A stretch of DNA of 64,000 nt from the NCBI RefSeq assembly GCF_964204645.1, contig NC_134028.1, forward strand, positions 14,639,653 through 14,703,652, written 5' to 3'. How positions within the stretch are numbered: the first letter of the stretch is position 1; each line of letters opens with the position of its first letter. This DNA is from Tubulanus polymorphus. Lineage: Eukaryota; Animalia; Nemertea. Made by a program: the position numbers and the translations under genes. The notes below the pieces were generated by a model, which was not told where the DNA came from, did not search any database, and saw only the letters and a list, made by a program, of their open reading frames with translations. Positions 53,899 through 64,000 of this stretch are shown in pieces.

Positions 53899-54022
53899 AG
53901 TAATAGGGAATATGTTGTTTCATATCAAAGGTTGAAGGGGCGAGTGAGTAAAAAATGAAATTTCATTTTTTATGAGCTCGACCCTTCGACCTTTGGTATG
54001 AAACAACATATTCCCTATTACT
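53899..54022. repeat. ~124-bp imperfect palindrome related to 7246-7367
   Basis: AGTAATAGGGAATATGTTGTTTCATATCAAAGGT ... ACCTTTGGTATGAAACAACATATTCCCTATTACT; half copy again at about 54740-54797. Confidence 0.9.
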
Positions 54023-55188
54023 TCGGCGTACTTAACTATGATATTTTCCTCCAATAAACAACTTTGGTAGAATTGAATAAAATGATCTATCTTTATTGGT
54101 GATATCGTATCATGGTGGTAGCCTACCGTTTACCGTTTGATGTTTCGTGTCATCATGAAAAGGTTTTAACTTTAGTAAAGGCGTTCCCGCACGATCGCAT
54201 ACGGGTTTCAGTCACGAGTAGGCTGCCGTTCCACTGCTCTAGAAATACGTATTCTGACGCTGAGAATTAATCCCAAATAATCCCATGGATACTGATAGTT
54301 GGAATAACAGTGATATCCAAACACTGTGATATTTATAAACCGGAGGTACATAATTTTATGTTTTTCTATTCAGAAAAGGCTGTTCCCGATTCTTTACTGC
54401 CAATGTCAATGCGGACATATCGCTACGCGATTGTTTAACCCGCTCTCATCAACCAGATAATGAACGAGAAAAATGCGATCGAATAACTTTTTGGACCATT
54501 AAATCAGAAATCTGGCGACGATATGTTGTGGGGAATAATTGAAACATTTTTTTTAGTCATTTTCAGCTGTTTCTAATGTTTTACGTGAACGGAGTGACAA
54601 TTTGAATTTACTATGAAAATGAGAAGAGACGGCGCTATTTTTTCGTACTACTATTTTCGATCCATTTTACTAGCATTGGCATGACGTCATAGACGTCAAC
54701 CAATGCTAATAAATTCGAGCGAGCGAGAATTTACTTTTATTTTTTACGAGCTCGACCCTTCGACCTTTGGTATGAAAGCCCATATTCCCAATAACTTACG
54801 TACCTTAAGTGGTCCCTTGAATTCTGTGATCGATCTCCAGCCACTGTGCTACTTGAATTGTTCTAATTTCTGAATGAACACTCTCTGTCTGTGTGATGGG
54901 TCTGTGTATGAGTCAGGGTACAGTATTGTGAATGAATCTATATCTACTTTTCGTTGTTATGTCATTGTTACGAGAGCGAGTGTATGCGTATAATAGGTGT
55001 TTTGTTTGTCTTTTATTACTAGCGTATTAAGTACCGGTTCACAAGGGCCAGTAGATAAGGTGCAGGACCAGTAGGTTTTTGAAGCCACTGGTCCCTTGGA
55101 CCATTGGTTTATTTTTCTTATTTCTAACCCCCTATAATGAGAAAGAGGGTTAGGTGAAATTTGGTTCAACCCCTTCAGTACCTTTTAA

Positions 55189-56141
55189 CCTTTCCAGGAA
55201 ACCAGTAAAACACACAGAATAAACAGAGCCCTTTCCTCGAAGGGGGTCACTTTATTTTAGATTGCATCACGTAACGTTATGTTGTGACTCGAACCTTATT
55301 GCATTCGAACGGTTCCTGGTGCTAGTAAACATCTAATAGATAGTGCTCCGGTAGGTTTTGTGAGAAAATTTCCAAGTTTAATGGTAAAACAAAAGGCAAA
55401 ATGGCACCGAAGTGGACACTAACAGTAAGTGAAGTGGAATAATGATATTCAATTCAATTCAAATGGCGAGAATGGCTCTGATATGGCCTAAGTAGGCCTA
55501 GCGGGATAATCTGTTAATGAAGGTATTGGTAAATACTGATAATAATTATTAAGCAATAATTCTTTTGATTCAGTAGGTCTAGGAATCCTAGGCCTAGTCA
55601 CCTAGATACATATAGGATTAGCAATTAGGATTTCATTGGAGGTAAATGATGCAAAATTGCTTCTTACTCCTTTCATGGACTGTTTCTGAAGAAGAGAAGA
55701 ACACAAATGACAGATTTCACCATTATCTGTGGAGTCTCAGGTACCCAGGGGTCACTCAGATCAAACATTATCCGATCAGTACGATATTGTTTTCGGTCAA
55801 GTTCTATCTTTCCTACCATATTTCTATGAAATATTTTGATCACATTAATTTCTTTTATCATCACTTCAATGAAAAGGAGTGTAGTGATCTATAACTGTAT
55901 GGAAATTGGCTGTATTTTGAAGATTACTAATTTTCCAGGCTTCGATTCAAGAAATTTTCTGCGGTAATATCGAATTAACGATGGCCAACATTGGTCACAT
56001 GACCACAATGCACCAAGTTCGGTGTATAGTTTTTAATCTAAATTGAGTAGTTTCTGAGTATTGTTAAGTTAACTGGAGACACTAGTTTCACCCAAAATAA
56101 TCTCAGTATCTTACCATGTAAAATGGCCAGTACTGGAAGGG
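55189..56141. mobile_element. Possible non-autonomous piggyBac-like element
   Basis: TTAA|CCTTTCCAGGA ... TACTGGAAGGG|TTAA; short imperfect TIRs. Confidence 0.45.
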
Positions 56142-57269
56142 TTAAGTAATATTTCATTGCTATAATCACTTATCATGTCTTAATAAACATATGCTATATA
56201 AATTGTATTTTATTTGAAGAGTTTGCTGTAATTTGAGTTCGTTTCTCATTTTTTTTAGTTTTAGACCCCCACGTACGAACGTTGCCAACACCATCAGGAA
56301 GTGCGTTACATATGGAAGCAGTGCTTGAAATATTTTCCAAAAAAAACCCCAAGAACCATATCTATTAAATGAGTAGCATCTTTTATTCGTGTTTTTATGA
56401 ATATTTCCTTCATCTGAATCTGCCATCAAAGTGAACAAGTTATATTAAAAAATTATCAGTCGCGACTGATAGCATATGGGTATGCAACAATGTGTCCAAT
56501 TCATGTAGCATAAATTTTCTTCATGTTGACGAAGTCATTTCAAAGTCAATTAATAACTGTTCAAAATTTGGTGTACATGTGAGTCTATGTTGCACTGATC
56601 CCAGTTCAATCATATTCCCATTAGTGCGGTCATGGTTGATTTTAACGGCTACCAATTCCTGTAAAATGAAGGATTAAAAGGAAAAATTAAATCTCAATGG
56701 CCATTCCAAGTTCACATGAGTACAAATGAGAGTGAACCATGGAGCTCACAAGCAACTGAGTCAATTTCCACTGAGTCATAGAAAAACTCGAATGACTTCA
56801 GGTGAAGAGAAGCGAACACGAAAATAGATAGGAGCCACAGTTTTTCTTAAAATAATAAAGACATTAAACAAGAAAAAGTTCCTTCAAATGACAATCTACT
56901 ACGATCATCCGATAAAGTTTATTGCCACCTGGCTCTTTGAAAAGACAAGGAACCAGTCTTGCAATTCAATTCAATTGAGAATTTATTTTACAGAAAAGCG
57001 GTTTTTAAGTTTAAGATATCTAAACTGATAAATACAAATGTTCATACAGAGATTTTCAAATTGCCGCTATTGCAAGCACCCAATGAAAGTAAAAGAAAAT
57101 TAAAATAAGTTTTCAAAAATGTGAAACTAAATGTTTTATTGTGAAATTTTAATTGTGTCAATAAAGAACGAATTGAATTGTCGACAGCAGTATGCCGCGT
57201 ATGAATACCAATTTCAAGCCTGTTCACGCACGCTCAACCAAGGCGGTTTAAATTTAGGTTCACCAAAAT

Positions 57270-57975
57270 CATCTACAAGAAATGCTCCATATAAATTATT
57301 CCAAACAATCTCGGCATTTTCAGGTTTTCTATTCCAATAGATGAATGGTTAGAATTATTATAGTCTTTTATTAATTTTGATAAAACATCAATCCATTTAA
57401 AAGTATTATTTGCTGTAAAATTTTTCCACATTCTTGTTCTTAAATTACTATTAGATCTTTCAACAACTGCTGCTTTGTTATTCGATTTTGAACTAATGAA
57501 TTATCAAATTCTTTCTATTATCACTTTTGTATTTGTTCAGGTTTCACTGAACCTGAAAGAAATTTTCTTAAAATTTTTGATGTTTGTACAGCATCTTTTC
57601 TGGATAGTGGGAAGCTCCATACATAACGACTAAAAATATCAATTATATTTAATATCCACCAATTATCATAAGTTTTAAGATTTTTAATATCAATTAAATC
57701 TCCCTGCTATTGTTGATGTATATAACTTACCACAGTTTTACGGGTTTTATATTTTCTTTCAATTTTTTTAAGTGCTGTATATGTTGGTTGTTCTAATATA
57801 AATTTATTTATATCTTTATGTTTAACTAAATTGTGTGGGATTATCTTATTTAATCTATCTTGTTTAATTTGTCGCCAAATATTTTCACAGAAGAAAAGAC
57901 AACCGAACTCTCAGGATTATGATTTAAATTTCTTTAATATTGTTCTTTAGGATTCGGAGATTATTTATTCCCCAT
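57270..57975 (-). pseudogene. Second c-integrase, heavily degenerate
   Basis: QGDLIDIKNL..WILNIIDIFSRYVWSFPL, KAAVVERS...RMWK. Confidence 0.8.
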
Positions 57976-58004
57976 TTAGATATCATCAATATTAACTATA
58001 TATT

Positions 58005-59472
58005 TTAATTTTGAATACTATCTAATTGAGAATCTTTTATATTCAATTGCGCATCAGAAATAATACAAATATGCATTTTATAATTGAGACCTCCTTTTTT
58101 CTTTTTAATGAATAATTGTATTCCATCTTTTGTATTTTGTAATTTTTTTCCAGAACCATGTAATAAGTTATTTTCAGTGGTTCTTAAATCTATCCATAAT
58201 GCAAATTTATCACCAGTATAATAATCAATTTGATTAATATTAAAATCTTCAGCTAATTTATTTTTTTCATTCATGATATATTTTTTTATTTCTACCAATT
58301 GATCTATCATTCTCATTCCTTGACAAAATATTTTAATTTGCTGCACCTTCAATTGTTATTTTCTTACTTTGATATTTCAGGATTATAATAGTTATCAACT
58401 TTTATTGCACCATTAGAATATATTGTGGTAAAAAATATTAATATACCTTTAAAAGATCTCCTTGGAAAATTGATATTTCCATTTATTATTTCATCACTTG
58501 CATTAATAGTTACAGTTTTAAATTTATCTATATAATCATATAATAATGAAAATTCTTGATTATATCGTGTTTGAATTATGTGAGCAATATTTTCAACAGT
58601 TACTGCATCATATTCTTAAAATATATTTGATCATTTATAACCCATATCTTTATTAACACTAGATAAAAAAATCTAATTTAGGCTAAAAAAAATTGATACC
58701 TTGTTTCTCCGCTCTGCTGAGCTTAAATGTTGACCCGGCCGGCCGCCTATCTACCCTATACATTACTTTTTTTTAAATCGTGATCAATTTTACCATAACA
58801 GACCCGGTCGCTATAGAAATGAACTGTTTATAAATTTTATCATATTTTACAAAAATGACCCGGCCGCTGCGGAGAAACATGGTATCATTTTTGTTTAGCC
58901 TTAGAGGTGCAAAAGTTATTTCAAATATAATATCTTCTTGAATTGCATACTTACATAAAGGTGCATTATCAGTTATTAATTTAAAATCTAATGGAATTTT
59001 ATATTTACTACATAAATATTTTTCATTAAATAATCTACAGCATTAGTTACTATTGCGTTATTAGCTTTGATCTCAATTTATTTTGGTTTTTTGATGGGAT
59101 ACCTTGAAATATCATATTATTTCTATTCCCTTTTGTTAACCATAAATCTTTATAATGTGCAAATAAATTATAATCATCTAATGTAAACAGTTTCTGGACC
59201 AAATTCTATACTTAATTTCTTAATTAAATTCTACCAACATTATCTACAACATAATTATTATCATGACCAGTTACTTCTATATTAGCTGCTAAATAAATAC
59301 TATTTAAAACATAAAAAGTATTTTGATTTAATTTCGGAATTCTAACATATACAGTTTCATTAGGATTAATATTAGAAGGATTATGTGTAATTATGTGATG
59401 AGATCTTTCTGCTTTAATTGCATTAGAAATTCTAGAATTATTTGAAGGATCTATATATTTTCCATTCACCAT
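58005..59472 (-). pseudogene. Putative major capsid protein
   Basis: N-terminus GKYIDP..R...IKAER..IITHNPSNINPNETVYVRIPKL; C-terminus FALWIDLRT..NLLHGSG..LQNTKDGIQL; about 420 codons after removing the MITE; capsid assignment inferred from size and context. Confidence 0.6.
58681..58900. mobile_element. PIF/Harbinger-type MITE
   Basis: TIRs GGCTAAAAAAAATTGATACCTTGTTTCTCCGC / GCGGAGAAACATGGTATCATTTTTGTTTAGCC; TSD TTA; second copy from about 63884. Confidence 0.88.
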
Positions 59473-60630
59473 TCATTAAGAAAAAAAATTACTTTATTTA
59501 TTTTTTATCATATTTACTTATCCAAAGATTATTGCACTTAAAACTGTAATTAAAAATATTATTATATTATCAGCAGCAAAACTAATAATACTTCCAGCAG
59601 ATTTTAAAATAAAACTAACAATTAGCGCTATAACTCCAGGTAAAGTTGCATCAGATTTTTTAGATACTTCCCGTATGTTGTATAGAATCATTATCATTCA
59701 GTGGTTAATCAGGTGGTTTAGGATTTGGTGTAGATTTTAAAGAATTTGATATAGCTAAACCAATTGTTTTAAATACCATAGTTACAGCTGTTAAAATTGA
59801 AAGAATTGTTATACCTTCTAATTTAGATAATGATCTTATTCTATCTTTTAATGATATTTGAGAATTTGGTTTTATATAATAAATCTTTAAAAATAACTTT
59901 TAATCCTTAATCTTTTTCTTCCTTCTGAAATTCTATATTATATTTTTAAATCATCAATTTCTTTTTCTAAATATGCATTTCTTTTTCAATTTCTTCAATA
60001 ACTTAATTATCTCTTTCTAATTTTAATTGTTCTAATTCTTGGTTAAATTTAGATAATTCATCTTCTAAAGTTTTAATTTTATGATCTCTAATCAGTTTAT
60101 TGTGCGCAATTTTATCAGCTTCATTTCTTACACTTATTATTATTTCTCTAATTGCTTTACCAGAAAATATATCTAATCTTCTAATTCTTGATCTGTTGCA
60201 TCATGTAATCCATTTAGAAAAAGTTTTTCAATTGGCACTTTATTTGATTCAGGTTTATTAGTTTTAGAGCTTATATTCTGGTTAGAAGTTGTTTCGGTTT
60301 CTAAATTTTCATTATTTGAAATAATTCATCAATTCTTTGTTTGAATACAATATTATTTTGGTCTAATTCTTGTTTTGTAACATCAGTTATAACATCACTA
60401 TAAATTATTCTTTTAATTCTAGATGGTTCTGAATTACTCAAAGTTGATTCTGCTAATATCTTATTTTGATTTTCATAAGAGATATTAATATAATAATTAT
60501 CTTCCAAACGATAATAATATTCACCATCAAAAAATTTCAATTGTGGTGCTAAATATTGCGCACCTATATCATTTATATTATACCCAGATTTTTCAAATAT
60601 AGGTCTAAAATGATGAATTAATTCATTATA

Positions 60631-61405
60631 CAGTCAACCCCGCATAAGTCAACATGGAATTGGTCGATTCATCACTTGTCTCGTATAATTATTTTGGTCC
60701 CGATTTTTTCCTCTTTAAACCTTATCAAATTATGCTAATAACTCGTACTTCATAAGTCGTATTTTCATGTAAGTCGTATCAATTTTGGAAGGCAAATCTT
60801 CTGATTCCATTCAAAATACCTCGTGTAAGTCATAGGCCGATATGCCCACAGCAGATAACATGAAAAACACTTTCGAGGAAAATACTGGCGCCTGGTGGAA
60901 AAATGGAGAATGTTGTAATATATACATATAGGTGAATGGGACATAGAGGTTTGTGTATCTGGGGTTTTTACATGAAACTAGGGGTCCAGGGACACCATGG
61001 TCACTTTGGATATAATTATAAGACTGGTGTATATTAAAGTTAGGCATACACCCCCAAAACGTCAGCTGCCATTAAGTAAATGTTGTATAACTTTTCACTA
61101 CGTGTGTCAATCCACGGGATATATATTTTCAATAATTTATCATTATCAAATTTGCTGCCATTAGGAATGATAGGAAAGAATCAGCTGTGTCAATGTTTGC
61201 AGCACCCCCTTGTGGGAACGCATGTGGTCTTAGAACTTTGTAGTCAGGTGACAATTCTATGGGAATATGGTTTTCAGCGATATAGGATCTGCACTGTCAG
61301 CTCAGGATATGACTGGGAACATGACGAACCATGCTGGAAACTGAGCGTCGTATATATCGTATTTTCACGGCTTATTCGTGGAATTCGTATAAAACCACGA
61401 CTTAT
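60631..61405. mobile_element. pogo/Tigger-like non-autonomous element, left part
   Basis: TA|CAGTCAACCCCGCATAAGTC terminus, repeated TAAGTCG motifs; right end not seen. Confidence 0.5.
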
Positions 61406-61628
61406 AAGGCGGGCATAGGTCGGCCTTGCGACGGGTTGCGACTGCCAGCGACGCCAGTCGCAATGAGTCGCACATGTTCTACTTTCTGCGACGTGACGCG
61501 ACCGTTGCAACCGATCTACGCGCCCTTGCGACTGGGAGCGACGCGATTTTTCCAGTAATACTGGGATTCGAACCCACAATCGCATTATTTGCGAGATGCG
61601 TTTTGAAGGCTGTGCAGTTGTTTGCAAA

Positions 61629-63612
61629 ATGGCGGCAGAGCAATGCCAATGGAGCGACGCAGACGAAGAACGATTAATCGAATTGTGGCAAGAGCGACCG
61701 TCCCTGTTTAACACGGAATCAAAAGCTTATTGCGACCGCAATAAAAAAGAAAAAGATTTGTCTGAAATGGCATTTCTTTTAGAGAAATCTGGTAATTAAT
61801 GAATAATGAGACTCTTCCTCGCCTCTTACTATCTCCCCTCACCCGAACCTGCTGCCGTGGGACCCGGCCCAGCCTCGCTCATCATTCATCATAACAGTCT
61901 CTGCTGACATGATGATATCGTTCGTCCACAGGCCAGGGGCTTTTAAACTGGTGCTCGGAATTAGCTGATTTTCCTTATAGGAGGCTTCGAACTCAATTCA
62001 CCCGTCTAGTTAAGGAACCAGCATCTGGAAGTGAGAGAAAGAAACTAACACGCCGGCAGGAATGGCTTATCAACCAATTGAAATTATTAAGGACATATGT
62101 TAAACAACGAGAAACATCTTCATCATTTGAGGTACAAATTTATTACACCACAATCAATTAAAACACAAATACATCAAGAGAACCATAGTAACTTTGTAAT
62201 GGAATCATATTCGTTTTGCTACCAACTAAATCAACCAGGTTAAATCATTTCATCTTGCCAACTTACTGCCCCATCATCGCTGATAAGATAATTAGCCAAT
62301 GTATCACGTTTTTCTTTTGGTTTTTAAGCCCGCGTAATTACTGCATGGTATTGGTCGTGAGGCAGTTGTCAAATTCCCCCTTTCTCTCCAGGTTCCTTCC
62401 TGAATAATCCCATTGTCTGTATCTTCTAAATCAAGGGTCCCTGGTATTGAGGCTATGTGGTCTCCACTTGATAATAGATAATTATGGAGGACACAAGCAG
62501 CTAACACTAATTTATCGATCTTATCTGGTGAAAGATTGATTCTATTCAGAAATACTCTGAATCTCATCACAAAGATGCCAAAAGCATTTTCAACTACTCG
62601 CCTCGCCCTAGATGATCGATAGTTGAAGATTCGATCTCGTCGGGTCATACTTCGATGAGGATAGGGTTTCATGATATAGTCTTTCAAGGGAAAAGCGTCA
62701 TCTGCTACAACATGGTATGACATTTTTATATTTGAATTAGGAAGTTCTCTGCTAGCTGGAATTTCAGAAGACATTTTTGCAAAGCTTCAGCCAAAGAACA
62801 ACCCTCAAAAACACCACCATCGGATATTCTTCCGTTGCAACCCACATCAGCATAGATAAATCTATACTTAGCATCAACAAGACCGAGCAAAACGAGACTG
62901 AAAAAGTGTTTATAGTTATAATACACGGAGCCTGATTTCTTTGGAGCAGTGATTGCTATATGTTTACCATCGAGTGCTCCCAAAGTATTTGGAAAATTCC
63001 ATTTGTCCCAAAATTCTCCTGCAATTTCCAACCAATCGTCTTCTGTTTGTGGAAGCTGGAAAAAATGACGTTTTGAAAACTAAATAAATGAAATTCATTT
63101 CATGTTTTTAGATCAGTAAAGATGATATACCGGTAACTGATGAGTTTGATGGTGACGATGGTGATGAAAATTTTGATCGCAGTGACGAGCAAAATGAATT
63201 TGATGAGGTCGAAGAGCCATCTGGGCGTAAATTGAAAACTCAAAATGCAGGACCAAACAAACGAAAAGATATCAAATCTTCCAAACGACAGGAAGAGCTG
63301 CTCGAAAAGTTATACGAAGACATCGCTAAACCCATTGAATTACCAGCTGAGGAACAGAAAGGGGAAGATGACCTATTCGGAGAATATATTGGGGCATGTC
63401 TTAAGAAATTTACGAACAAAAGAATTAAACTGCAGGTTATCAATAGAATTAATGAAGCTTTGAACGAAGGAGAAATTGCTCTATTAGATGCCGTGGAACA
63501 TTCAAAATTACCGTCGATGGCCAGTTATTACCATCAAGTACCTAATCCTTCACATCGATATACAGATATGATGATGAATGCTGAACCAACATATACTCCA
63601 TTACAATTATGA
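61629..63612 (+). pseudogene. MADF (Myb/SANT-like) protein of a second Harbinger element
   Basis: Exon 61629-61791 WSDADEERLIELWQERPSLFN...YCDRNKK; last exon 63112-63612 with EDDLFGEYIGACLKK..K (BESS-like); middle part not identified. Confidence 0.65.
62240..63055 (-). pseudogene. Harbinger DDE transposase, last exon, frameshifted
   Basis: WNFPNTLGALDGKH, YYNYKHFFSLVL, GRISDGG, VADDAFPL, SRARRVVENAFGI, ACVLHNY. Confidence 0.92.
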
Positions 63613-63629
63613 CACGTATCTATGTATTA

Positions 63630-63804
63630 CAGTCGACCCCCGATACACCGCTCTCCCATATACTGCCATCCAGCCTACTGCTAGGTTTTCTCGATGTACA
63701 TCTCTATACAAATACATAGTAAAACAGCCCCGATATACCGCCATACTCTCTATACCGCCAAAATCGTTCTGCACCGATGTGGGCGGTATATTGGGGGTTG
63801 ACTG
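63630..63804. mobile_element. Tc1/mariner-pogo-type MITE
   Basis: TA|CAGTCGACCCCCGATA ... TATTGGGGGTTGACTG|TA. Confidence 0.85.
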
Positions 63805-63883
63805 TAAACATATTTGATTATTATACAGTATGTTTACCGTAAGTTTATTTATTGTGATTATTGTACAGTATACCTTAGACCTA

Positions 63884-64000
63884 AGCTAAAAAAATTTGAT
63901 ACCTTGTTTCTCTGCTCTACTAGCTTAAAAGTTGACCTGGTCGGCCGCCTATCTACCCTATACATTGCTTTTTACCATAACAGACCCGGCCGCTATAGAA
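63884..64000. mobile_element. PIF/Harbinger MITE, partial (runs off window)
   Basis: Near-identical to the left half of 58681-58900. Confidence 0.8.

Larger units (their letters stand above)
57270..60630 (-). mobile_element. Polinton-like segment E (decayed)
   Basis: Coiled-coil/hydrophobic ORF (59500-60630), major capsid-like gene, second integrase. Confidence 0.8.

Noticed and set aside
56150-56700. Possible degenerate coding fragment on the minus strand
   Set aside because: Too many stops and no motif I can assign with confidence

Overview
AT-rich, eukaryotic (very likely invertebrate animal) DNA made almost entirely of nested, decayed mobile elements; no intact host gene is evident. The scaffold is several fragmented copies of a Polinton/Maverick-like (adintovirus-like) endogenous DNA virus: + strand at about 7.4-13.0, 23.1-28.0 and 30.3-37.6 kb, - strand at about 48.7-53.9 and 57.3-60.6 kb. 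These carry protein-primed PolB, retroviral-like integrase, packaging ATPase, putative major and minor capsid proteins and small conserved ORFs. Inserted among them are hAT, PIF/Harbinger, Kolobok (THAP-DDE plus P2X7-ballast-like KolX), P-like foldback, Mutator-like, pogo-like and Helentron-type (HINE) elements, MITEs and satellites. Four observations stand out. (1) One PolB copy carries a LAGLIDADG intein at the catalytic YxD|TDS site that resembles giant-virus PolB inteins, and an intein-free allele lies in the same window. (2) Nearly all Polinton-like genes start at TAAATG, the poxvirus late promoter/initiator motif, unlike the neighbouring transposon genes. (3) The element also carries an HNH endonuclease of the giant-virus/phage type. 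(4) ~120-bp hairpins abut the viral segments. Together these suggest, as an inference only, an endogenised virophage-like Polinton that depended on and exchanged homing elements with a large cytoplasmic DNA virus. Family assignments come from motif recognition by eye, not from database searches.
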